A stretch of 64,000 nt of DNA from contig CAVXPZ010000001.1 in NCBI GenBank assembly GCA_963763775.1, forward strand, positions 1,376,001 through 1,440,000, in the 5' to 3' direction. The notes beneath the pieces are model-generated. The model saw only the letters and a program-made list of their open reading frames with translations. It made no database searches and was not told the origin of the DNA. The translations under genes and the position numbers were made by a program. Within the stretch, counting starts at the first letter, position 1, and every line of letters begins with the position of its first letter. The DNA comes from an uncultured Chloroflexia bacterium (lineage in GTDB: Bacteria > Chloroflexota > Limnocylindria > Limnocylindrales > CSP1-4). Positions 1-11,159 of the stretch are shown here, piece by piece.

Positions 1-164
1 GCGATGCCGAGCGCGGCGTAGCGGGCATCCACCAGCACCCGGACACGGTCCACGATGAGCTGGAGGACCGTCTCGATGTCGAGGACCTCGGCGATCGCCC
101 GCGTCGCCTCGTCGAGCGCCTCGAACGTCTCGATCGCCAGGGCCGCATTCGTCTCGGAGGTCAC
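1..164 (-). CDS. GAF-domain protein, probably a DosS/DevS-like sensor histidine kinase (N-terminus only; runs off window start)
   Basis: Hand translation from GTG164 gives MTSETNAALAIETFEALDEATRAIAEVLDIETVLQLIVDRVRVLVDARYAALGI, like the first GAF helices of DosS-type kinases. TACCCT lies 6 nt upstream. Not in the ORF track; the kinase domain is not visible. Confidence 0.7.
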   Translation of the reverse strand, partial: MTSETNAALAIETFEALDEATRAIAEVLDIETVLQLIVDRVRVLVDARYAALGI

Positions 165-198
165 CTGCGCAGGGTACGCCCGGGGCCGGCGTGCTCGT

Positions 199-234
199 GG
201 GACACTCGGCCCTCCGTTCCGGGCCGATGGTCAC
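199..234. promoter_or_regulatory. Two tandem DosR/NarL-type boxes
   Basis: GGGAC-ACTC-GGCCC (199-212) and GGGCC-GATG-GTCAC (221-234) fit the GGGAC-N4-GTCCC dyad, start 22 bp apart, and lie between the divergent GAF and USP genes. Confidence 0.5.
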
Positions 235-270
235 TTCCTCGACCGAGGATCGCGAGACCAACCTTCCCGC

Positions 271-768
271 ATGGATCCCACCGCGCCCGGCTATCCCGGG
301 TATCCCGGCTACGCCGGCAACGGGCCGGCGTTGACGCGACCGTTCGGGGCGGTGCTGCTCGCCACGGACCTCTCGCCGACATCAGGCCCGGCCGAGGAGG
401 AGGCCATGCGGCTCGCGGCACGTCTGCACGCCCGCCTGCTCGCGGTGAGCGTCATCGACCCCGGCACCCTCCGGCTGCCCGGCGGCCGATACGCGATCCG
501 CGTCGACCAGGTCCGCGACGAACGCGAACAGGCCGCGCAGGTCCTCGTCGCGCGCGGCCACGACGTCGGCGTGTCGACCGAATTCCTGGTCTGGGAAGGC
601 GATCCCGGCGAGGCGATCGTGGACGCCGCCCGGGCCGAGGGTGTCGATCTCATCGTGCTCGGCAGCCATGGTCGCCGCGGCGTGGGCCGCTCGTTCTTCG
701 GGAGCGTGTCCGATCACGTGGTCCGGAACGCCCCGTGTCCTGTCGTGGTGGTGCGCGGCCCGTCCTGA
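271..768 (+). CDS. Universal stress protein (USP)
   Basis: VLLATDLS, GDPGEAIV, DLIVLGSHGRRG, FGSVSDHVVRNAPCPVVVV motifs; start placed at ATG271. Confidence 0.93.
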   Translation: MDPTAPGYPGYPGYAGNGPALTRPFGAVLLATDLSPTSGPAEEEAMRLAARLHARLLAVSVIDPGTLRLPGGRYAIRVDQVRDEREQAAQVLVARGHDVGVSTEFLVWEGDPGEAIVDAARAEGVDLIVLGSHGRRGVGRSFFGSVSDHVVRNAPCPVVVVRGPS

Positions 769-782
769 GGGCGGGATCCCGG

Positions 783-2219
783 TCAGGCCACCGTGTCGGC
801 GAGGGCGTCGACGACGTCCGCGGCCAGGTGCTCGCCCGCGGTCGCGCGCATCAGCGCGAACGCCTGGTCGACCGGCATCGCGGCACGATACGGCCGGTCG
901 GCGGTCATCGCCTCGAAGACGTCCGCGACGGCGACGATCCGCGCGCCGAGCGCCAGATCCGGCGCGGTGAGGCCCCGGAAGTAGCCGGTCCCGTCGAGGC
1001 GCTCGTGGTGGCAGGCCGCGAGCTCCGCGACGTGCGCGAAGGTGGGCACCGGCGCCAGGATCCGAAGGGTCAGTTCGGGATGGCGCCGGATCACCTCGAG
1101 CTCGGAAGCGTCGAGGCGACCCGGCTTGTCAAGGACCGTGTTGGGCACGCCAAGCTTGCCCAGGTCGTGGAGGAGCGCGGCACGTCGCACGTCGACCACC
1201 TCCGGCGCGGCGAGGCCGAGCCGGGCCGCGAGTCCCTCCGCGATGTCCGCGACCCGCTTCGAATGCGAGCCGGTGAACGGGCTCTTCGCGTCCACGATGT
1301 CGGCGAACGCCGAGGCGATGCGGTCGACGTCGGCGTCGTTCGACAGGCGGACGTCGCCGCCCGGCTCGAGCGTCATCGTCCGACCGATGAGGTCCGGCGC
1401 CGCCAGCTCGTCGAGCAGGCCGCGGGCGGACGCGTCGAGCAGGGCGTCGGCGATGTCGGGGTCGTACCAGGTGCCGAGTCGCTCCGCGAGGACCGCGAGG
1501 GCTCGCGGACGCCCCTGCGTCGAGAGGAAGACATCGAGGCCCTGGCACGCGGCGAGGATCCGCGAGAGGGGGTGGATCTCCGTCCCACGCAGGCCGCGCG
1601 GGTCGCCGCCGCCGTCCCAATGCTCGTGGAGGTCGAGGATCGCGCCGGCGACGCGATCGTCGAAGCCGGCCTTGCGGGCGATCGCCGCGCCGCGTTCGCA
1701 GCGGAGCTGCTCGATCTCACGGTGCTCGCGACGACCGCGGATCCCGAGCGCGATGAGCCGTCGCAGACGCCGCGGGAGCGGCTCCGTGGACGGGACGGTC
1801 CGGATCGAGAAGGCCGCATACGAGAGGATCGAGCGCTCGATGGTCGACTGGCGGGCCTTGGTCGCGATGTCGTCGGCGCCGAAGATCCGGGTGATCGCCG
1901 CGGCATTGGACGAGCAGCCGGCGTCCTTGAGGAAGGCCGCGAAGAACAGGGCGCCGCGATCCGCCGCATCGAGGCCGAGGTGGTCGGCGAGCCGCATCGC
2001 CAGGAAGCCGGTCCGCAGCGCGTGCCCGGGGAGTTGGCCCTCCGTCAGGTCGAGCGCGGTCGAGAGTGACGCGAGGAGGCGCGCGGTGGGGATGGCCTCG
2101 CGCTCGAGCACCCGCAGGTCCGCGCGTCGGGCGGCGACGAGCGAGCGGGCGAGCGGGGTGGCGGTGGTCGAGCCATCGAGGTACTGGATCGGCTCGACGC
2201 GAGCGGTGGCGAGGTCCAT
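783..2219 (-). CDS. Tandem HD-GYP cyclic-dinucleotide phosphodiesterase
   Basis: N-terminal degenerate domain (LKDAG, HEHWDGGGDP) and C-terminal intact domain (HSKRV, LLHDLGK, HHERLDGTGYF, VADVFEAMTADRPYR). Confidence 0.9.
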   Translation of the reverse strand: MDLATARVEPIQYLDGSTTATPLARSLVAARRADLRVLEREAIPTARLLASLSTALDLTEGQLPGHALRTGFLAMRLADHLGLDAADRGALFFAAFLKDAGCSSNAAAITRIFGADDIATKARQSTIERSILSYAAFSIRTVPSTEPLPRRLRRLIALGIRGRREHREIEQLRCERGAAIARKAGFDDRVAGAILDLHEHWDGGGDPRGLRGTEIHPLSRILAACQGLDVFLSTQGRPRALAVLAERLGTWYDPDIADALLDASARGLLDELAAPDLIGRTMTLEPGGDVRLSNDADVDRIASAFADIVDAKSPFTGSHSKRVADIAEGLAARLGLAAPEVVDVRRAALLHDLGKLGVPNTVLDKPGRLDASELEVIRRHPELTLRILAPVPTFAHVAELAACHHERLDGTGYFRGLTAPDLALGARIVAVADVFEAMTADRPYRAAMPVDQAFALMRATAGEHLAADVVDALADTVA

Positions 2220-2310
2220 GGCCGGGCCATCGTCGCGACGCACCCGGGACCCGCCAAGCGGTCGGTGGTCAGGGCCTCGCGGCCCGGAGGTACCGCTCCC
2301 CCACCCCGCG

Positions 2311-3108
2311 CTACTTCGTGTAGACGCCGCCCGGGTCGAGCTCCTCGCGGATGAGGGCCAGCTCGGCGCCGGTCGGCGCCGGCGTCTCGGCGAGATCGCC
2401 GGAGACGGCCACGTCCCAGCCGATCGTCTGACGGACCTGCTCGACCGTCGCTCCAGGGTGGAGCGAGTCGAGTCGCATCTCGCCGGTGTCGCCGAAGTGG
2501 TAGATGCCGAGGTCCGTGACGACCACCGTCGGCCCGCGGCCCAGCCAGCCGCCCTCGCGCCGGATGCGTTCCGCCTGCTCGGCCCCGCCGAGGTTGCCCG
2601 GACTTGTCCGGAAGTCGATCTTCTCCACGAAGGAGCGGGATGACTGGCGCATGATCACGAAGACCTGGCGGGCGTTGATCGCGATCTCGCAGGCGCCGCC
2701 CGAACCCGGCAGTCGCGTCGTCGGGTGGTCGTACGGCCCGATGACCGTGGTGTTGATGTTGCCGAACCGGTCGATCTGCGCCGCCCCGAGGAACCCGACG
2801 TCGATGAGCCCGCGCTGGAGGTAGTACCCGAACAGCTCGAGCATGCTCACGACCGCGGTGGCCCCGGTCACGATGGTCGGATCGCCGATGGACAGCGGCA
2901 GCCGAGCCGGCCGCGCCCCGAAGACGCCAGCCTCGTAGACCAGCTCGAGGTCGGGCGCGACGGTCCGCTTCGCCAGGTTCACGGCGATGTTCGGCAGGCC
3001 CACCCCGACGAAGCAGACTCGTTGCCCGGCGAGTTCGCGCGCCGCCGCGACGATCATCATCTCGGACTTGCTGAAGGCGGCCGTGGCGGCCGCGCGCGGG
3101 TCGCTCAT
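2311..3108 (-). CDS. Family I CoA-transferase beta subunit (GctB/CatJ-like)
   Basis: CFVGVGLP, LVYEAG (catalytic Glu position), GAAQIDRFGNIN, RLPGSGG; own ATG at 3108 overlaps the alpha-subunit stop (ATGA). Confidence 0.9.
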   Translation of the reverse strand: MSDPRAAATAAFSKSEMMIVAAARELAGQRVCFVGVGLPNIAVNLAKRTVAPDLELVYEAGVFGARPARLPLSIGDPTIVTGATAVVSMLELFGYYLQRGLIDVGFLGAAQIDRFGNINTTVIGPYDHPTTRLPGSGGACEIAINARQVFVIMRQSSRSFVEKIDFRTSPGNLGGAEQAERIRREGGWLGRGPTVVVTDLGIYHFGDTGEMRLDSLHPGATVEQVRQTIGWDVAVSGDLAETPAPTGAELALIREELDPGGVYTK

Positions 3109-4032
3109 CGATAGTCGCCGTAGTCGACGATCCCCGAGGGCGCGCTGCCCGGCCGCAACGAGGCCACCCGCTCCGGCGCCGAGCTTGTCGAGGTAGGCCG
3201 TGCGGCCGTCGAGGTCGTAGACCCACTCGCGCAGCCACGACTGCGTCGCGGACTCGTCGCGCGTGATGGGATCCCAGTCGAGGTAGAAGCGGTTGTCGCG
3301 GTCGTACGCCCCCTGGACGTACGAGGGATGCGCGCCCCACGGCTCCACGACGACCGCGTCGACGATGAGCCCGGGGATGATCGTCCGGTTCGGGTCGGCT
3401 CGCACGATGGACTCGTCGACCAGCTCCTCGACGACGACGATGACGCGATCGGCCGCGAAGGCCGCCTCCTTCTGGCAGCCGAGCAGGCCCCAGACCTGCG
3501 TGTCGCCGCCCGCCGACGCCCGCTGGGCATGGACGATGGCGACGTCCGGCCGGAGCGGCGGGACCGCGTAGATGGTCTCGTCGCCGTACGGCGAGGAGAT
3601 CGGACGGATCAACGGGTTCGCGACGGGCAGGTCCGTCTCGAAGTAGCTCCGCAGCGGGAAGAACGGCAGGTTCATCGCTCCCGCCGTGTAGCGGCCGACC
3701 ATCCCGAAGTGGCTGTACTCCTCCACCTCGAGCGGCTGCTCGGGGATCTCGCCCTCGATGCGCCGCCGGATCGCGCCGAGGCCGCCGACACCCGGGTTGC
3801 CGAGCCACGAGAACACGAGCTTGCGGGCGACACCGGCCGCGATCATCTGGTCGTAGATCACGTCGGGCGTCAGCCGGGCGAGGGTCAACTCGCGCTTGCG
3901 CTGGCGGATGATCTCGTGCCCCGCAGCGAACGAGATGAGGTGCGTGAAACCCTCGATCGCGACGGTGTCGCCGTCACGCACGAGATCCGCGACGGCGTCG
4001 CGCATCGTGGCGACCTTGGAGACCGGACTCAC
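3105..4032 (-). CDS. Family I CoA-transferase alpha subunit (GctA/CatI-like), one indel near 3175
   Basis: VRDGDTVAIEGFTHLI, PDVAIVHAQRA, PWGAHPS; the true C-terminus (ERVASLRPGSAPSGIVDYGDYR*) is in the frame of ORF 3105..3530; GGAGGG RBS precedes GTG4032. Confidence 0.88.
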
Positions 4033-4075
4033 AGGCCCTCCGTCGGCGATGTGGTGGCCAGGCGGGTCGCGCCGG

Positions 4076-5432
4076 CTAGCCGGCGGCCTCGACCTCGTGG
4101 AGCGCGCCGGCTTCGGCACGGACCTCCGGCTCGTGTCCGGCGACACGAGCGACGGCCTCGCCGAAGATCCGCAGCGCCGTGGTCATCTCGTCCTCGCTCA
4201 CCGTGAGGGCCGGCGACATGCGGACGCTCGTCCGACCGCATTCGAGCACGAGGAGCCCCAGCTCGAAGCAGGCCCACTGGACCTCCTCGGCATGGTCGGC
4301 CGTGTCGAACTCGATCCCGAGCATGAGGCCCTTGCCGCGCACGTCGGTGACGAGGGTCGGGAACGAGGCCGCCAGCGTCGCGAGGCCGGCCAGTGCCTGG
4401 TCGCCGCGACGCCGGGCGTTCTCGATCAACCCGCCCTCGAGCAGGTCGATCGTCGCGAGGGCGGCGGCACAGGCGACCGGGTTGCCACCGTAGGTGGAAC
4501 CGTGCGCGCCGGGGCCCCAGGTCTCGAGGAGCTCGGCTCGCGCGATCATCGCCCCGAGCGGCATGCCCGAGGCGATGCCCTTCGCCGTGAGCAGGATGTC
4601 CGGCTGGACGCCCCAGTGCTCGATGGCCCACATGCGGCCGGTCCGACCGGCGCCCGACTGGATCTCGTCGGCGATGAGGAGGATCCCGTGCTCGTCGCAG
4701 ATCCGGCGCAGGCCCTCGAGGAACCCGTCCTCCGGGACGATGTAGCCGCCCTCGCCCTGGATCGGCTCGACGATGATCGCGGCGACCTCGCTCGCCGGCG
4801 CCAGCTTCTCGAACAGGACCTCGTCGAACCAGCGCAGGTCCTCGACGCGGCCGTAGGGGGCGTGGAAGACGCCCGGGCAGCATCGGTCCGAACCCGGCGT
4901 GGTACTTGGCCTTCGACGCGGTCAGCGAGACGGCGCCGTACGTGCGGCCGTGGAACGCGCCGAGGAACGACACGACGTAGGGCCGCTTCGTGGCGAAGCG
5001 CGCCAGCTTGATCGACGCCTCCACGACCTCCGCGCCCGAGTTGCCGAGATACGCCCGGGCACGGTCGCTGAACGGCGCGAGGCGCGCGAGCTGCCGGCAG
5101 ACCTCCGGGTAGATGGGCAGGTAGAAGTCGCTCGCGCTGAAGTGGATCAGCTCGGCGGCCTGCTCCTTGATCGCGGCCACGACCTGCGGGTGCGAATGCC
5201 CGGTCGAGTTGACGGCGATGCCGGCGGCGAAGTCGAGGAAGAGGTTCCCGTCGATGTCCTCGACCGTCAGCCCGTCGCCGCGCACCGGGACGATCGGGTA
5301 GGCCCGAGGCAGGCTCGGCGAGGTCCAGGCCTCGTCGAACGCGACGTGCGCCCTGGCCTTGGGACCGGGCAGCTCCGTGACGATGTGCGGGACGGGACGG
5401 TCGCCGGCGAGCCGCGACGAGGCCGTGGCCAA
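4076..5432 (-). CDS. Class III PLP aminotransferase (4-aminobutyrate/acetylornithine family), indel near 4875
   Basis: LDFAAGIAV, NSGAEVVE, FHGRT, then in the shifted frame EPIQGEGG, DEIQSG, TAKGIASG, HGSTYGGNP; TTG start with GAGGTG RBS. Confidence 0.9.
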
Positions 5433-5455
5433 GGGTCACCTCATGGTTGCACTGA

Positions 5456-5472
5456 TGCATAACGAGTATGCA
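5456..5472. promoter_or_regulatory. Palindromic candidate operator TGCATA-N5-TATGCA
   Basis: Perfect 6-bp arms in an AT-richer patch, between a minus-strand TATACT (-10-like, 5492-5497) and the aminotransferase start. Confidence 0.45.
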
Positions 5473-5585
5473 GACTGGATACGGGATGCCGAGTATATCC
5501 CACGCCTATGGACGCCGAATGGCGAGCCCTCGATAGTCCCAAGGGGTGGGTGCCGGTCCCCCTGCGCGCGCGTAGGGTGCGGGAC

Positions 5586-7682
5586 ATGTCGGCGACCGCC
5601 CAGCAGGATCTCGCGCCCGGGTCGCCCGATCGCGCCCGGCGCCGGCGGCACTCGGTGCCGCTCGCGTTCCGGCTCGGGATCGGGCTGGACCGCTCGATGT
5701 GGCCGCTCGATCGGGCGACAGCCGAGGTCCGCTGGGCCGCCCTGACGGTCGCGGTCATGTTCGCGATCGTGTTGCCCGCGTTCGTCCTCACGGGGCCGAC
5801 CGGTGGCTACGGCAACGCCATGCTCGTGACGGGGATCGCGTTCGCGATGCTCGCGGTCGTCGCCTGGCATCCGGCGGGCGCCCGGTTCGTGCAGCACTCG
5901 GCGGTCCGGCATGCCGTCGGACCCGTGGTGGTCCTCGTGGCCCTGGCGGCGGCGGGGCCATACGACCCGCAGACGATGGCCGCCCCGGTCGGTCGGCCGC
6001 TGATCATCCTCGGGCTCACCTACGCGGCCCTGACTCCGGGCTTCGCCCTGGCGGCGGGGATCGTGGCGCTGTCGTCCGTGATCCTCCTCGGCGAGCACGC
6101 CGCGGTCGCCGGCCATCCGCCGCTCGACGAGCACGCGGTCGACTTCCTCGTGCGCGTCTCGGTGACGTTCCTGACGGCCGCGGCGATGCACTACGTCGAC
6201 CGCGGACTGCGCCGCGAACGCCGCCGCGCCGAAGGGCTCGCCGCACGCAAGGTCGCCCGCGCCGACCAGCTGGAAGGCCTCCAGCGGATCGTCCGACGCT
6301 TCGACGGGTCGCGACCCGTCGCGGTCGTCATGCAGGACGTGGTCGATGACGTGTCGACGACCTTCGAGGTGCCCCTCGTCTCGGCGTACCTGCCCGACGA
6401 ATCCGGTCGGCTCTCGATGGTCGGCGTCGCGGGCTACGACAGCCCGTTCCACGTCATCCAGGTCGGCGTCGGGGTCATCGGCCGGGCCGCCGCCACGCAC
6501 GAGGCCATCTACGCCGCGGACGTGCTCGCCGACCCCGACTACCGGGCCGCGCGATCGGACGTCCGGAGCGAGTTCGCCGTCCCGGTGCTCCACGGCGATG
6601 AGTTGCTCGGGATCGTCAACCTCGAGGGCACCGACGCGAAGCCGATCACCCCGTCGCAGATCGCCGTCGCCGAGATGCTCGCCCGCTCCATGGCGGCGGC
6701 CCTGCGCTCGGCCCGTCTCGACGAGGAGCGGCGACAGCGGCTCCACGCCATCGAGCGGGTCCTCGACGTCAGTCGCGCGCTGGCCGCGGACCTCGACCGA
6801 TCGCGGATCGCCGCCGCGGTGACCGACGCGGCGCGAGACCTGCTCGATGCCGACGCCGTCGAGTTCGCGAGCCGCGGCACGGACGGCACGTTCCGGATCG
6901 AGCAGGTCGTCGGCGCGGCACCCGAGCGGATCGGGACCGAGGTCGTCGCCGGCGTCGGGCTGAGCGGGGCGGTCCTCGCCGGCAGCGAGCGCGTCGTCTG
7001 GGATGAGGGACGCGTGGGGCTGGGCCTGCCGATCCGGCTCGACGGGTCGTTGAGCGCGGTCCTGACCGCCACGCGCGACCGGCTCGACCGCCCGTTCGGC
7101 GAGCTGGAGCTCCGTATCGCCGACCTGCTGGTCACCCAGATCGAGGTGGCGATCCACAACGCCGACCTGCATGCCCGGGTCAGCGAGGCGGCCGTCCGCG
7201 ACCCGCTGACCGGCCTGCTCAACCGACGCTACTTCGACGAGGCCGTCGAGGTGGCCTTCGCGAGCGCGGGCCGCGACGCCACGGACCTGAGCCTGATCGT
7301 CCTGGACCTCGACCGCTTCAGCGAGGTCAACAACGCGCACGGTCACCCCGTCGGCGATGTCGTCCTCCGGCGCGCCGCGCGGGCCATGACCGACGCCGTG
7401 AGGACCGGCGACATCGTCGCGCGGTACGGCGGCGAGGAGTTCGTGATCATCGCCCCCGGCTCCTCGCGCGATGACGCCATGGCCCTCGCCGAGCGCGTCC
7501 GCGCGGCCGTCACAGCCGAGGCGGGCCGGCCGATCGATGGCGTCGTGATCCCGCTGACGATCTCGGCCGGCGTCGCGTCGCGACTCGGTGACGAAGCGGA
7601 CGGCCGGGCACTGTTCCGTGCGGCCGATTCCGCGCTCCTCGCGGCCAAGCGTGCCGGCCGCGACCGGGTGGTGAGCGTCTAG
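5586..7682 (+). CDS. Membrane-anchored GAF-containing diguanylate cyclase
   Basis: Several hydrophobic N-terminal helices, two GAF-like regions, DPLTGLLNRR, DLDRFSEVN, ARYGGEEF; TAGGGT 7 nt before ATG5586. Confidence 0.92.
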   Translation: MSATAQQDLAPGSPDRARRRRHSVPLAFRLGIGLDRSMWPLDRATAEVRWAALTVAVMFAIVLPAFVLTGPTGGYGNAMLVTGIAFAMLAVVAWHPAGARFVQHSAVRHAVGPVVVLVALAAAGPYDPQTMAAPVGRPLIILGLTYAALTPGFALAAGIVALSSVILLGEHAAVAGHPPLDEHAVDFLVRVSVTFLTAAAMHYVDRGLRRERRRAEGLAARKVARADQLEGLQRIVRRFDGSRPVAVVMQDVVDDVSTTFEVPLVSAYLPDESGRLSMVGVAGYDSPFHVIQVGVGVIGRAAATHEAIYAADVLADPDYRAARSDVRSEFAVPVLHGDELLGIVNLEGTDAKPITPSQIAVAEMLARSMAAALRSARLDEERRQRLHAIERVLDVSRALAADLDRSRIAAAVTDAARDLLDADAVEFASRGTDGTFRIEQVVGAAPERIGTEVVAGVGLSGAVLAGSERVVWDEGRVGLGLPIRLDGSLSAVLTATRDRLDRPFGELELRIADLLVTQIEVAIHNADLHARVSEAAVRDPLTGLLNRRYFDEAVEVAFASAGRDATDLSLIVLDLDRFSEVNNAHGHPVGDVVLRRAARAMTDAVRTGDIVARYGGEEFVIIAPGSSRDDAMALAERVRAAVTAEAGRPIDGVVIPLTISAGVASRLGDEADGRALFRAADSALLAAKRAGRDRVVSV

Positions 7683-7778
7683 CGGACCGTCCGCACGCAG
7701 GACGCCCGGGCATCGCCCAAGCCCGATCGGTCAGGAACCGAGAAGCGGCGGTCGGGGGTCCACGGGTAGAGTGGCCGC

Positions 7779-10166
<2,388 letters not shown>

Positions 10167-10250
10167 CCCGGTCGTCGTGGACGCGAGCCGAGGACGCCGC
10201 CTATGTGCCTGTACTGGCTGCGACCCGTGGTCTGTGGCACGCTGTCGCCG

Positions 10251-10700
10251 ATGACCAGCCCGGCCTCGTCCGATCAGCGGCTCCGTGACCTCGTGTGGCT
10301 GCGCCGCGTCCGTGACCGGATCGACCGCGAGTACGCCGAGCCCCTCGACGTGGAGGCGCTCGCCCGCGGCGCGCACATGTCGGCCGGCCACTTCAGCCGC
10401 GAGTTCAAGGCGGCGTACGGCGAGTCGCCGTATGGCTACCTGATGACGCGCCGCATCGAGCGCGCGATGGCGCTGCTGCGCCGTGGCGACCTCAGCGTCA
10501 CCGAGGTCTGCTTCATGGTCGGCTGCTCATCGCTTGGCACGTTCAGCACGCGCTTCACCGAGTTGGTGGGCGTGCCGCCGAGTGTCTACCGACGCGACGA
10601 GGCGCTCGCCACCGCGGGGATGCCCTCGTGCGTGGCGAAGCAGGTGACCAGACCGGTCAGGGATCGAGAAGCGCCGCTCCCTGAGCCGCAGCGAGTCTGA
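10251..10700 (+). CDS. AraC-family HTH regulator (DNA-binding domain only)
   Basis: LDVEALARGAHMSAGHFSREFK...RRIERAMALL...SVTEVCFMVGCSSLGTFSTRF. Confidence 0.92.
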   Translation: MTSPASSDQRLRDLVWLRRVRDRIDREYAEPLDVEALARGAHMSAGHFSREFKAAYGESPYGYLMTRRIERAMALLRRGDLSVTEVCFMVGCSSLGTFSTRFTELVGVPPSVYRRDEALATAGMPSCVAKQVTRPVRDREAPLPEPQRV

Positions 10701-10705
10701 CGGCC

Positions 10706-11116
10706 ATGGACATCACGATCCACATGAGCTTCCTGCCGCACGACGACCCGGACGCGTCGTTGGCCTTCTATCGCGACACCCTCGGCTTCGAGGTCCGCGA
10801 CGACGTCGGCTACGGCGGCATGCGCTGGATCACGGTCGGTCCCGCCGACCAGCCCGATACGGCCATCGTGCTGCAGCCGCCCTTCGCCGACCCCGGGATC
10901 ACCGAGGACGAGCGGCGCACGATCGCGGAGATGATGGCCAAGGGCAGCTACGCGCGCCTCGTCCTGGCCACGGCGAACGTGGACGACCTCTTCGAGCGGT
11001 TGGCGGCCAGCGGGGTCGAGATCGCCCAGGAGCCTGTCGACCAGGCGTACGGCGTCCGCGATTGTGCCGTCCGCGATCCCGCGGGCAACCTCATCCGCAT
11101 CCAGCAGCGTCGCTGA
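10706..11116 (+). CDS. VOC/glyoxalase-bleomycin resistance family protein
   Basis: DDPDASLAFYRDTLGFEV and YGVRDCAVRDPAGNLIRI motifs. Confidence 0.92.
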   Translation: MDITIHMSFLPHDDPDASLAFYRDTLGFEVRDDVGYGGMRWITVGPADQPDTAIVLQPPFADPGITEDERRTIAEMMAKGSYARLVLATANVDDLFERLAASGVEIAQEPVDQAYGVRDCAVRDPAGNLIRIQQRR

Positions 11117-11159
11117 CGGATCCGGCGGCGGACGGGCACGCCGCCCGGCCCCGTCGGGG

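Noticed and set aside
286-312. 9-bp tandem repeat encoding PGYPGYPGY in the USP N-terminus
   Set aside because: Only three imperfect in-frame copies in a flexible extension; no sign of function.
2311-4146. Apparent fused alpha-beta CoA-transferase (611 aa)
   Set aside because: An extra base near 3175 joins them; the alpha C-terminus and an ATGA stop/start overlap are intact in another frame.
5456-5472. Calling the palindrome an ArgR box
   Set aside because: Half-site spacing is 7 nt rather than 4, so it is kept only as an unassigned operator candidate.
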